Source of the DNA: Mobula hypostoma
Taxonomy: Eukaryota
NCBI RefSeq assembly: GCF_963921235.1
Contig: NC_086109.1
Coordinates: forward strand, 20,338,001-20,402,000
Direction: 5' to 3'
DNA length: 64,000 bases
This document shows, in pieces, positions 37,377 through 50,150 of this stretch; position 1 is the first letter of the stretch; each line of letters begins with the position of its first letter. Below the pieces are notes generated by a model. It worked only from the letters and a program-made list of their open reading frames with translations. It had not been told where the DNA came from and ran no database searches. The translations under genes and the position numbers were made by a program.

Positions 37377-38904
37377 GTTAAGACTTTGGATGGGAGCAAT
37401 TGTAGTTGCCTGCCATTAAGTGAGTGAATATGCTGGGCTCTGTGACCGGTGTTGAAAAGGTCTGAATGATGAAGAAGGCATGCTTGAGGTACCCCTAGAA
37501 GTAAAGAGCCTCACTTTCACTTATCTTGTCAGAGCCAAGTATTTCTGCCGGCATTGTCCCATGTTATGGAGCGAAGTTGTACCTGCAAGTACTTCTGACC
37601 TCACCTCCTGCCATCTTCTTCTGATCGCCCCACTGGACTTCTAACCAAAGAGTGTGAATCTCTTAAGAGCTGGAAAACAGGCCAGGAAAATAGCAGAGAG
37701 ACATCCTCCATTCTCTAACCTGCCTCTCCACCTGCCATAATTGTTATATCACCACCACTTGGAGCAGTGATCTGTGCTTCATGGAGAAAGAGCCACTGAG
37801 GCTTGAGCTCCATTATGTTAGCTGCACAAGCACAATGATACTCAGATCAATAATCTAAAATCCTGCTGCAATGCGATTTGATGAGGATGTTTAGCGCTGT
37901 TCTGTGTGATTGTTCCTACTGGGAACCAGGCAATTTTTAAAGTATTTATCTCTGGCCAAAGTAACAAGTGAAGCGGGGATCTGCCCCTGAAATCTTGCAG
38001 GTGCAGTTAGTCCTGATTTACCAGAATGTGCTGTTCTAATTGAGGACAACGCATGTTACTCTCAGCAAACTCAGCCCTTATCATCAGCTCAGTGCAGTTC
38101 CATCACGTTTTTTACTGAACTACTTTGTGTCTGCTTTCAGCCTTTTCCTAACACAGTGATGGGGGGGATGGAATGCTTTTCCAAGTGTAAATTTGTGAAG
38201 TTCACATCTGATTTCGTTTCATCCTTCTCCCCCTACGCTCATATTAGCCGTGTGGATGCAGATGAAGCTCTCCCAAGTCAGCTCAGAAATTTGTGTTTGC
38301 TCTAGAGAGGCATTAATCTTCATTGAGCTGACAGCTTTTGTGCTACACTGGGCTTCATGTGCGTGCAGTCATCTATTTTATTCCTTGCTGCTGGTGGTAA
38401 TATTTTCTGGGGATTTTGAGGGAAAAAATGCATGCCATCAGCAATGACTTTCCTTCAGCATAGACTAATGACAGGCAGTCAGATAGCATCTGCCTTTCAG
38501 GCAATACATAAATACAAGCACCAGGTTCCTGACTAACTCTCATCAAGCCTTCAAATCACTCTCTGCCTCTCCTGCCTGATTGCCTTCATTTATCCCTTAA
38601 CCTTATTGGTTGCCAGCTTTAGTCAGATACTGTATATTCCTGAGGGATTTCTTCTCTCTCTCTTCATTCCCTGTTGCTTGCCAAGTTCTCTGCCTACTGC
38701 CATAGGTCACCCTATTACCATCTCCACCAACACCCCACTCCTCCCCGTTTCACTGCGTGGAATAACCAAAATCAGTTTCTATAGTCTTATCTGCGCTTTC
38801 AAATGATGACATCTGGGAACAGCACAGCAAATCCTCAAATAACCCAGAAATTAGGTTGTTTGTACTTTAAATTACAATATCTGACTGTGGCCTTTCTGTT
38901 AAGG

Positions 38905-39427
38905 AGTCCAGTTACGGAAGCACAAGCTGCATGTCTCTGTGGTAATAGCAAAGCCAAGCATCGGACCAGAAGCCCCTACAAAGGACTGAGAGAACGGCTG
39001 AGAAGAGCACAGGGGTCTCCTTACCCCTATGATCAGGACATTTATCAGGAGCACTGTGTACACAGGGCCTTTAGTATTATCAAGGGCCCCATCCAGCATC
39101 CTCTTTGACTTTCCAGCATCAGGCAGGAGACTCCAATCCATAAAGACATGAACAGTCAGGATGGGAAATAGTTTCTTCCCTCAGGCCATTAGGCTTCTGA
39201 ACTCCCTGCTGCAATCGCATTTGAAGTGTCACGGGTTAATTACAATATTTAACTTATGCATGTTACTTTGTTTATTTACTGTATGTGTAACTCATCTGTA
39301 GATTTTATCCTTACTTTCCTAAGTTATTGTGTGTTATATGTGTGTTATGTGCCCTAGTGCAGAGAAACGTTGTCTTGTGTGACGGTATACATGTATATAG
39401 TTACATGACAATAAACTTGACTTGATT
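38905..39427 (+). mobile_element. Rex1/Babar 3' fragment
   Basis: DIYQEHCVHRAFSIIKGP; tail ATGACAATAAACTTGACTTGA; similar to 8000-8515. Confidence 0.8.
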
Positions 39428-39819
39428 TGCTCAATACCAACTCTTCTGATATTTCACTTCCTTTTCATGACTTGCAAAACTGTTCTCATAGTTTGTGGAT
39501 CTGCAATGCTGTTATCTGTTTCCATTCTCTGTAATGTGTAATACTTAACAATGTGCCTTTGTGGGTGGATTGTGAGGATGTAAAGGGGTTTGGACAACCT
39601 GAAGGAGCGTGAGGTCGTGCACACATCTTCCAGAAGGAATGCTGTGATTGCACTGGAGAGGGTGCAGAGGAGGTCGCACCTGTAGCATTGAGTATAAATT
39701 TGATGTCCTTACTGAAGAAAGGAGAGATTAGTCATGATCTTGATGATGGACGGAGGAGGTTCAATGACCGACTCCTTCTCTGATCAAATAAAAAAATATA
39801 GAAAAGACTGCAATAGAGC

Positions 39820-40391
39820 TACACTCAGTTGCCACTTTATTAGGTACACCTGTTCACCGGCTTATTAATGCAAATATCTAATCAGCCAATCTTGTGACAA
39901 CAATTCAAACCATAAAAGCACATAGACATGGTCAAGAGGTTCGTTTGTTGTTCAGATCAAATATCAGAATGGAGGAGAAATGTGATCAATGTGATTTTGA
40001 CTGTAGAATATGATTGTTGGTGCCAGATGGGGTGGTTTGGGTATCTCAGAAACCGCTGATCTCCTAAGATTGTCACCACAGCCATCCCTAGATTTTACAG
40101 AGAATGGCACAAAAACGAATAAAACATCCAGTGAGAAGCAGTTTAGTGGGCGAAAATGCCTTGTTAATGAGAGAGATCAAAAGAGAATGGCAAGATTGGT
40201 TCAAGCTGACAGGAAGGAGACTAACTCAAATAACCACATGTTACAACAGTGATGTGCAGCAGAGCAGCTCTGAATGCACAACATGTCGATCCCTGAAGTG
40301 GTTGGGTGACAGCAGCGGAAGACGACGAACATACACTCAGTGACTACTTTATTGGGTAAAGCAGGTACCTGTAAAGTGACCACTGTGTGTA
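39820..40391 (+). mobile_element. Tc1 MITE copy
   Basis: TACACTCAGTTGCCACTTTATTAGGTACAC start; MIVGARWGGLGISETADLL; hairpin end at 40332-40391. Confidence 0.9.
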
Positions 40392-40777
40392 GATCGTTCT
40401 GCATTTCTACGGTCCCTGTGTCACGTGTCCAATCTCATTTTGTACTGATGCTCCTCATTTCAAAGCCAATACTTGCTGGGTTTATGTCTCTGAACTGTTC
40501 CCAAAATGGACATAATTAAACCTCCCAAGAAAAGAGTATTTTCAAACAAGATTTGTCATGAGTCTCATAAATATTAGGAAAGGTGATCAAAAGCTTGATC
40601 AAAGATTTAGGCTTGAGGACACAAAAAGGGTAGAAGGTAGACTGTTGAAGAAGTTTATTCCAGAGTTTAGGACACAGTCAACAAAGACTCAGCTGTTAAT
40701 CATGATGCAAAGGGTCCCAAAGAGAAATAAAGGTTGTAGGAGGTAACAGAGTTAGAAAGCTATTTGAAAACGATGCT

Positions 40778-41686
40778 ACACACATCAAAGTTGCTGGTGA
40801 ACGCAGCAGGCCAGGCAGCATCTGTAGGAAGAGGTGCAGTCGACGTTTCAGGCCGAGACCCTTTGTCAGGACTAACTGAAAGAAGAGTGAGTAAGGGATT
40901 TGAAAGTTGGAGGGGGAGGGGGAGATCCAAAATGATAGGAGAAGACAGGAGGGGGAGGGATAGAGCCAAGAGCTGGACAGGTGATAGGCAAAAGGGGATA
41001 CGAGAGGATCATGGGACAGGAGGCCCGGGAAGGAAGATAGGAGGGGGGGTGGACCCAGAGGATGGGCAAGAGGTATATTCAGAGGGACAGAGGGAGAAAA
41101 AGGAGAGTGAGAGAAAGAATGTGTGCATAAAAATAAGTAACAGATGGGGTACGAGGGGGAGGTGGGACCTTAGCGGAAATTAGAGAAGTCGATGTTCATG
41201 CCATCAGGTTGGAGGCTACCCAGGCGGAATATAAGGTGTTGTTCCTCCAACCTGAGTGTGGCTTCATCTTTATAGTAGAGGAGGCCGTGGATAGACATGT
41301 CAGAATGGGAATGGGATGTGGAATTAAAATGTGTGGCCACTGGGAGATCCTGCTTTCTCTGGCGGACAGAGTGTAGATGTTCAGCAAAACGGTCTCCCAG
41401 TCTGCGTCGGGTCTCGCCAATATATAAAAGGCCACATCGGGAGCACCGGACGCAGTATATCACCCCAGCCGACTCACAGGTGAAGTGTTGCCTCACCTGG
41501 AAGGACTGTTTGGGGCCCTGAATGGTGGTAAGGGAGGAAGTGTAAGGGCATGTGTAGCACTTGTTCCGCTTACACGGATAAGTGCCAGGAGGGAGATCAG
41601 TGGGGAGGGATGGGGGGGACGAATGGACAAGGGAGTTGCGTAGGGAGCGATCCCTGCGAAATGCAGAGAGAGGGGGGGAGGGAAAG
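40778..41686 (-). mobile_element. Young Neptune-type PLE 3' end with intact GIY-YIG domain and pLTR
   Basis: ORF 41170-41496; pLTR nearly identical to 55109-55575; hammerhead motif at 40838-40873. Confidence 0.93.
41170..41496 (-). pseudogene. PLE GIY-YIG endonuclease domain (open, but on a 5'-truncated copy)
   Basis: FTCESAGVIYCVRCSRCGLLYIGETRRRLGDRFAEH...VATHFN...LGSLQPDGMN. Confidence 0.92.
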
Positions 41687-42182
41687 ACTATGCTGAAACT
41701 TTTGACAAAGTGCCTTAATAGAAGCTGGTAGAGACTCCATGATGGATGTTCTTGACTCGTTGAGAGTTAGGAGATGAAGGTGAATTAATTAGCATGAAAT
41801 TAATGTGCACGGAGCATTAATCCTGAAACATCAAATGGATGAAAATCAGTCAATGTGAAAGTAACACATTCAGATTCATTTGTTTACCAGATGTGCGTCA
41901 AAACATGTAGTGAAATATGTCGTTTGTGTTCACAACCAGCACACTCTAAGAGTTGCCACACATTCTGGCACCAGCATAGCCTCCCTACAATTTTCAGCAG
42001 ACTAACACAGAACACAACAAGCAACAAAACAACAACAGCAAAACAAGCAACACACATCAAAGTTGCTGGTGAACGCAGCAGGCCAGGCAGCATCTCTAGG
42101 AAGAGGTGCAGTCGGCGTTTCAGGAAAACAAGCCCTTTTCCTCCCTTCCTCCTACCCAAGAGGCAGTCCCCCAGGACTGACA

Positions 42183-43235
42183 TGCAAAGGTTTAAGAGCA
42201 GGGAGGTTATTCTGCAACTGTACAGGGTACTGGTGATACCGCAACTGGAGTACTGCATGCAGTTCTGGTCTCCTTACTTGAGGAAGGATATACTGGCTTT
42301 GGAGGCAGTGCAGAGGAGGTTCGCCAGGTTGATTCCAGAGGTGAAGGGGTTAGACAATGAGGAGAGATTGAGTCGCCTGGGACTGTACTCACTGGAATTC
42401 AGAAGAATGAGAGGAGATCTTATAGAAACATAAAACTATGAAAGGAATGGATAATTAGAGGCAGGAAAGTTGTTTCCATTGGTAGGTGAGACTAGAACTA
42501 GGGGAGCAAATTTAGGACAGAAATGTGGAGGAACTACTTTTCCCAAAGAGTTGTATCGGACCGCAAAGCACTCCAGCGTGTGGTGAAAACTGCCCAGCGG
42601 ATTATCCACACCCAATTGCCCACCATGAGAACATCTACCATAAATGCTGCCTGGGCAGGGCGAAAAGCATTATCAAGGATGCATCGCATCCTAATCATGG
42701 ACTTTTTACTCTCCTCCCATCCAGTAGGTGCTACAGGAGCCTTTGCTCCCGCACCAGCAGGCACAGGAAGAGCTTCTTCCCTGAGGCTGTGACCCTGCTG
42801 AACCTCACATCACGGCACTAAGCAGTATTGCACCCATATTGTACTGTCTCAGTACTTTTATATTTGTGTGCTGTAGCACTTACTTCTTATCCGTAGTTAT
42901 TTTGTAAGTAACACTACTCTTTGCATTTCTGGTCAGATGCTAACTGCGTTTCATTGGCTTTGTATCTGTACTCGGCACAATGACAATAAAGTTGTATCTA
43001 ATCTAATCTAATCTGTGGAATTCTCTGCCCAATGAAGCAGTGGAGGCTCCCACAGTAAATATATCTAAGACAAGGTTGGATAGATTTCTGCATAGTAGGG
43101 GAATTAAGGGTTACGGGGAAAACGCAGGTAGGTGCAGATGAGTCCATGGCCAGATCAGCCATGATCTCATTGAATGGCGGAGCAGGCTCAACGAGCCAGA
43201 TGGCCAACTCCCGCTTCTTAACCTTATGTTCTTAT
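42183..43235 (+). mobile_element. CR1 3' fragment interrupted by a Rex1/Babar 3' fragment (42553-43010)
   Basis: FKSREVILQLYRVLV...LEYCMQFWSPYLRKD; CR1 FSQRV|VNLWN split by SDRKALQRVVKTAQRII...(ATCTA)n. Confidence 0.88.
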
Positions 43236-43671
43236 GTCTCTGTCTTCTCCACTGGACTTCAGAGTCGCAGACCGAGGACTGCAGCATTCTGGACTACTGG
43301 ACTTCTGATCGACAATATAATATGCACAGGCTATGTATCTTCATATGCCGTCCTTCATCAGAGTTACCAGACTTTTGAAGGCATTAGCAATTTCATTAAT
43401 AACATGCTTTACGGTACCAGTGACCTGGGTTCAATTCCCTCCACTGCATGTAAGGAGTTTGTATGTTCTCCCTGTAACCACGTGGGTTTCCTCGGAGGAC
43501 CAGAAGGGCCTATTCCACACTGTATCTCGATCAATCAATAAATAAATCTTAGACATACATCTCAGGTAAAGGTTCTATGTGCTCTTCCACTCATTCTTTG
43601 GTTGCTGCTTCATTTGTCTTCAGATCTGCTCCCCAATCTACAAAGGCTGTTGGAAATGTCTGTGAGCTCTT

Positions 43672-44125
43672 ACAAACACGAGAAAATCTGTGGATGCTGG
43701 AAATCCAAAGCAACACACACACACAAAATGCTGGAGGAACTTAGCAGGCCAGGCAGCATTTATGGAAAAGAATAAACAGTCGACGTTTCGGGCTGAGACC
43801 CTTCATCAGGACTAGAAAAGAAAGATAAGAAGTCAGAGTAAGAAAGTGGGAAAGGGGAATAAGAAGCACAACGTGATGGGTGAAACCAGGAGGGGGAGGG
43901 GTGAATTAAAGAGCAGGGACGTTGAGACCCTGAAAGAGATAAATGGTTGGAGAAGAGGGAATCTGATAGGAGAGGGTAGAAGACCGTGGAGTAAAGGGAA
44001 GGGGGAGGAGCACCAGCGGGAGGTGATGGGCAAATAAGGTGAGAGAGGGAGCCATGAATGAGAAATGGTGAAGCAGAGTGGGAGGGGGTGGTAATTACCA
44101 GGAGTTTGAGAAATTGATGTTCAAT
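43672..44125 (-). mobile_element. PLE pLTR copy with intact hammerhead motif
   Basis: Minus strand of 43778-43813 reads AGTC-CTGATGA-AGGGTCTCAGCCC-GAAA-CGTC-GACT. Confidence 0.85.
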
Positions 44126-44439
44126 ATGGGCTCTTAGTTTTCATTCAGTATTGGCTGAACATAAGCAAAGGATGAAGAATATTGCTGGGCTGATTTTTGA
44201 AACATGGTTTACCAAACGGGAGCTGATCAGTATTTCCCAGAAGATGTAGTTCGAGGAGAAGGACTGCCAGTGATTTAACTGAAGGAGATGTCAGGAGGGA
44301 CTCTGGAGTGAGAAGCATGGGATGGATTAACATACACCGTGGATTACTTTTGGTTCTGGTCAGTGACAACGATCCTGTGTGTAAACACATACCACTAGGG
44401 TCCTGCTCTTCATTCCAAGGTTACTGGGTGCATTTAAGA

Positions 44440-45141
44440 TAAACATGATTTCATTTAGAAGGAATTCATGTTCCTTATGGGCACAATCATTAATCGCCAT
44501 GAAGTTGTTTTGATTGACTGCAAGTGAACAAAACCGGTGCAGACGTCCAGGGCAGATAGTGGACTGTCTTCAAACAGTGTTTGAGGATTGCATCCTCCAG
44601 AGATCACCATTAAGCTGGGTGCCAACCACCATAAAACAAGATGGAGAAGAAGAAGAAGATCTTAATTTTTATTGTAACATTCAAGACGTTTGTTGATACC
44701 TTCAAACTGCTTGCAGTTCCTAACATGCTGAGGTAGTGAAATCATTTCATTTTCACTCCCAGCCGTTCCTGGCATCTCCAAGTCCGAATGCTTGAAACTG
44801 CAATGAGCAAAACAGTTGTGAGATGTCTTACTGTCTATTAGTTGCCACTATCAGTGACAAAATTTACTGATACATGAACACAAGTACCCAAGCGTCACTC
44901 TTTAAAAACTGCTCGCTCTAAGCACGGCGCAGTGTCTAATGGCCACACGACATGCACACGACTGACACTAGTTAGAAGATGTTCAGCAACAGTCTCCTGC
45001 CCTGCTTAACTGGCATAGTGTCCCAACTAAACAAAGGGAACCCCAGCTATTTCCTCAAATTGTTTTTGTTCTTTAAAAGTTGTCCCAAACAAGTGGCTGA
45101 CCCGATTCGCCTAAAGCCCAATTGACTGCATTCCTCTGTAT
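44440..45141 (-). mobile_element. pogo/Tigger-like internally deleted DNA transposon
   Basis: Minus-strand NCFAHCSFKH (pogo NCFxxxGF-like); end ...CCCAATTGACTGCATTCCTCTGTA; related fragment at 54025-54251. Confidence 0.6.
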
Positions 45142-46194
45142 TATACAAATAAATTGGCACCCTTTTGTAAATGTCCCTGTGCTTCTCCCCACCCTGTGCC
45201 TGTAACCTTTTGGCTGAAATTAAGGCACAGGCATTATCTTCCCCATTAACTCATTCCTTGACAAAACTTCAAAGCTATGAAACTTGCCTTTGTCTGTATT
45301 CTACAGAAGCCCAGACACAGATCTACGTAAGGTTTTTACCCAGTTCCAACTGTACAGGTATAGTTGACTGCCTTCTTCTTTAAGTTTGGCCTTGCGATAG
45401 GCAAATAAATAATGGCAGTGTCATTGTTTCTCCTTACCCCTGCCAATGAGATGCTCAGTAATTCCTCCGGGAGAACTGGTCATTCCATTCTCTGAGACTT
45501 TTACTTTTTTTGGGGGAGAACCAGCAAGATGCCATGAAATTCTCTTTCATTTTTTTTTACAATTTGCTGTTTATTCTTTTGTCAGTAGCACAAATAAAAC
45601 AAGGAGGGACTAACACGCAATGTTTGAGTGCATTTGGACATAATTATCCTATAACCTTGGAACATCTATCCTGTCAGTTAGGATGGTTGGATTCTGATTA
45701 AGAGTCACGCAATGAATGATATCTACTTTGTTCCAGCAGAAGACTTTTAGTTCTCACACTTTGGGCACAGATGCTACAGCTGGATCAGTGTTTGGCCATG
45801 CGTGATTCCCGCACTTTGTAGCCATGTGTCGTGGCTGCAGGGATTCTTTTCTCTGGACCATCTCCACATGCAACAACAGGCCAAAGCCTTGTAAGTTCAC
45901 AGTTGCCGTGTTTAATGGCTGATAGAATCTTCTCTGCTGGGCGGTCTCTACACAAAATTGCTCAAAATTTGGCACAGGGCAATCTCATTCGAAGCCACAT
46001 GAACAAGTCGCTTGGAAGAAAGAAGTGTTATCATTTTTCCAGAGACTTCCAGCAGCAAAGGAGATCGTTCAGCCCATCAACACTGTGCTGGGTCTTTGAA
46101 AATAGCATTTGATTGGCCCCAGTTCTCCTGCCCTTTTGTATAGCCCTGCTGATTTTCTATTCCCTGTCAGCAATAAATGAAGTTTTCTCTAGAA

Positions 46195-46275
46195 CAGGGG
46201 TTCACCAACCTTTTTTATGCCATGGACTCCTACGATTAACCAAGGAGTCCATGGACCCCAAGTTCGACACTTTTG
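46195..46275. mobile_element. hAT/Charlie MITE, second copy
   Basis: Same body as 37295-37376; NTCTAGAN-type TSD CTCTAGAA/TTCTAGAT. Confidence 0.8.
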
Positions 46276-47423
46276 TTCTAGATCAATGCTACTCCCAGCT
46301 CTCCATCTTAATCATGACAGCTTACTGCATAAAAAAAATTTCTCCCACCCAATTCACTTTCCAATTATTCATAATCTATGACTTAGGTTATTATTCCTCC
46401 AGCTTCCACAACTAGTTTCTCTGTTTAATTGCTGTCAAATATGATGTTTATGTTAGTAAAGATTATTTGTTTATTTATTTGTTTTGAGATACAATGCAGA
46501 ACAGGCCCTTCCGGCCCACTGAGCCACGCCACCCAGCAACCCACCGATTTAACCCTAGCCTCATCACAGGACAATTTACTCTCCTCTCCTATTAGACTCC
46601 TTTCTCTTCAGCTCATTATCTGTTCCACCTCTCCCTCCCAGCTTCCTACCCCATTCCCCTTTCCTCCGCCCACCCACCTTCCCCCTCACTTATCACCTGC
46701 CAGCTTATACTCCTTCCCCACCCATCCCTCTTCTTGTCCTGGCTTCCTGTCCAGTCCTGATGAAGGGGGAACATCAACTGTTTTTTCCTCAGACCTGCTG
46801 AGTTCCTCCAGCATTTTGTGTGCATTGCTCTGGATCTCCAGAATCTCTTGTATTTAAAGTTTTTCATTGTGCCTTTGTACACGAGACAATAATAAACCAA
46901 TTTGCCATAACTTTTCTCATCATGCCTGATGTAAAGGTTGACATTATCTAAGCATAATATAACTGTTTGTAAAACTACACTCTTTTCAGCATTCATTCAT
47001 TCACAGAATGTAGAATGCATCATGTGAGACTTGCACCTAATGCCCAACCCTTGAGCTGACTGGCCCACTAACGAGGGTCAACCTCATTACTGACGGTCAA
47101 AAATCTGAAGTCACCTCCGGCCTGACCAAATAAGGATGACAGATTTCCTTCACTAAAAGATGCTAATTAATTTGATTATTTTTTAATGAAAATCCAGTCG
47201 TCTCTAGCACTGCTAAATAGAAGCTTTATTCCAGAGTTTATTTTTAAACTACTGAACTATAATTCCACATATATCTTAGTGGAGTTTGAATATGCCTTTA
47301 GGTCATTGTAAATCATAGAGTCATAGAAAAGTACAGAACAGAAAAAGGACCTTTGGCCCATTTAGTCCGTCCTGAACTGAAAATTAGTTTTATAATTTTT
47401 CCTACAATTCTATTATAGATCTG

Positions 47424-47740
47424 GTGTGGGCACGTGGCCAAGTTGTTAAGGGATTGGACAAGCGATCTGAAGGTCGTGAGTTCAAGCCCCAGCCGAGGCA
47501 GCGTGTTGTGTCCTTGAGCAAGGCACTTAACAACAGTTCTCCGCGACGACACTGGTGCCAAGCTGTATTGGCCTTTATCCGTCTCTTGGACAACATCGGT
47601 GTCGTGGAGAGAGGAGACTTGCAGCATGGGCAACTGCCGACCTTCCATACAACCTTGCCCAGGCCTGCGCCCTGGAGAGTGAAGACTTTGCAGGCGCAGA
47701 TCCATGGTCTCAAAAGACTAATGGATGCCTTTACTTTATT
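47424..47740 (+). mobile_element. tRNA-headed SINE with RTE-type 3' part
   Basis: Head shared with the 26098 SINE up to GCAAGGCACTTAAC; tail homologous to the reverse complement of 23035-23215. Confidence 0.8.
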
Positions 47741-48087
47741 ATAGACCTGACAACAGAATTTATTTCACCCTATCTCTGCTAAAGAACGTCGATATAATGG
47801 ATATTCTGTTTGACAATCTGGCCCAAGCCTTTTCAACAGCAAATTTTTAGGAGAGTTCCACAGCCATGGGTGGAAGTGCTAGCCAGATAAATATCACTCT
47901 CGTCACCTCTTCTTAGTCAATTCCATACGATCCGGGTTGACTTTATCCCCTGCAGATTAGCACAGACTGCATGGATGGTATTTTTCAGTGCCTGTTGTCT
48001 GCATCACTGAAGTATATAAGAGGGAAGTATCACTACTTTATGGATACCATAAGTTCTGTGTCAAATCTGAGATCCTGATCTTCAAAT

Positions 48088-48647
48088 AACACAGAACAGG
48101 AACAGCACAGTTCAGAGTCTTCAGCCCACAATATCTCGTCACCTTCGTAACTTAGTCCAAGATCAATCTAACCTTTCCCTCCTACATAACTCTGCATTTT
48201 TCTTTCATATGGGTTGCTAACCGTCCCTTAAATGTCCCTTTCGTATCCACTCCTACCACCCCAATCCCGGCAGTGTGTTCCATGCACCTACCATTCTCTG
48301 TATAAAAAACCTACCTCTGACATCTCTCCTACACTTTCCTCCAGCCACCCTAAAACTATGCCCTTTTGTATCAGCCATTTCTGTCCTGGGAAGATGTTTC
48401 TGGTCGTCCACTCTATATATACCTCATTATCGGATACACCACTATCAAGTCACTTCTCATCCTTCCTTCCCTCCACAGAGAAAAGCCCTAGCTTGCTCAA
48501 CCATAAGACGTGTGCCCTGATCTGGGTAAATCTCCTCTGCACCATCTCTAAAGCTTCCACATCCTTCCTATAAAGAGGCCCCCAAGACCTGGACACAATG
48601 CTCCAAGTCTGGTCAAACCAGAGTTTTATAGAGCTGCAACATTACCT
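48088..48647 (-). mobile_element. CR1 3' fragment
   Basis: Reverse complement encodes LYKTLV...RKDVEALE-type remnants; CR1 3' UTR. Confidence 0.8.
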
Positions 48648-48659
48648 AACTAAATCCAA

Positions 48660-49260
48660 CTATTGAAGACCAACACATCAATCTACAACAATCTGAACTC
48701 GTGTATTGAGGGTGACGTCAAGTTCCATCAGTAATTTCTGCTGTGACGTGGTGTGGTTCCCAAGATATGGAAGTTGTCCATGGCTTCTAGGGTCTTGGAG
48801 GGCAAGGTGCTGCAGTGGGGATAGATACATAGAGGACCTTGCTCTCGTGGAGGTTGTAAGGTCCACCCTCTCGAGCGCTTTGCCGAATAACTTGGGTCTT
48901 GGCCTCCAACACTATACAAATGCAAGTGTCTCCCTTGACTGAGGCTTAGATTGCCTTGGCTCTAAGGTGCAATCACCATCCGATGATCAGACTCACATTA
49001 GTTCTGAAGATTTTCTCCAATCCCACTGAAGCTTTTTGGAAGAGGATATGTCACTTTAAGGCAAGATAAACTGCAAAGCGTGTTGAGGCCGTGGTGCACC
49101 TACTCCATATTCCCTGCTGATTGAAGGAGTCAAAGATTTTTGTGAAGTTAAAGACCATATACAGAGGCAAAAGCTGTTCCCTGGAATGCCCACACAGTGA
49201 CCATTCTAATGTCCTACATTGTTCTAGGACCATAAGACCATACGGAGTTTTAGGGCGTCA
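48660..49260 (-). mobile_element. Degenerate RTE RT fragments
   Basis: SREQLLPLYMVFNFTKIFDSFNQQGIW; QLPYLG. Confidence 0.7.
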
Positions 49261-49739
49261 GAGGAGGACCCCAGTGAATTATTTACTGCCCTTTGTCCTA
49301 TGTGCCATTTGCAAGCATGGGCTCTTTTGCTGCTAGGCCTTCTCCAAATTATTGGCATTTGCAGGGAGCAGAGCTAGTCCCAGAACTGAACCCCAGGGGA
49401 ACCCACTGCCCGCTTCCAGCCACCAAATAAATTGCCCTACCATTTTGTTTTAACTAATCTAATTTGCAACCCTCCTGCTAATTATTATTTGTGGGATCTG
49501 CAGTGGGTTTCTGAAGTTCCAGCCATTGTTTCTTGCTCTCCTACGTTGCCCTCAAGAAATATCTGCTTTGTAAATACATGATCTTTGGAGTTAAGGTTCT
49601 GCTATAACTGTGAAGGGGTTAAAACTGGGGATTGTTTTCAGAGGAACAGAGTTGAAAACATACAGTAGAGGTTGTCTAAAAGACAAATGAAAATTTTGTT
49701 AGACTGCACTTGGATTGCAATTTGGAGAGTATGTAATGA

Positions 49740-50150
49740 GGTGGAAACAGGGAAGAAAATCTTCTAGACTCCCAATACAATCACTTTACTCCAAACTTTG
49801 TTGTGGAAAGAGATCAACAGACAGACAATGGAAAAGATTCAAGGATGCAGTTGAAGCCTCCATGAAAAAAAAGTATAACAGCACTGACTTCTGAGAATCT
49901 CTGGTCCATGGAGGCTCAAATTGAAGAAGGAACATTCAAGATAACATTGAGAATCTCAAGTCCATGCAGGAGGAACACGCAGAAGTGTTGTGTAAGTAAT
50001 TCACCTGACAAACTACTCCATCTGATTTACCCTGCACCATATGTGGCTCCATCAGGAGTTCCAACATTGGAGTTGAAGTAAGTCATCCTGAGTTCCAAGG
50101 GACTGACTAGGAAGTGAAGATTGGAAGACCACATTTGTGACTTATCGGAT
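49740..50150 (+). mobile_element. Degenerate RTE 3' fragment
   Basis: SRLPIQSLYSKLCCGKRSTDRQWKRFKDAVEASMK. Confidence 0.7.
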
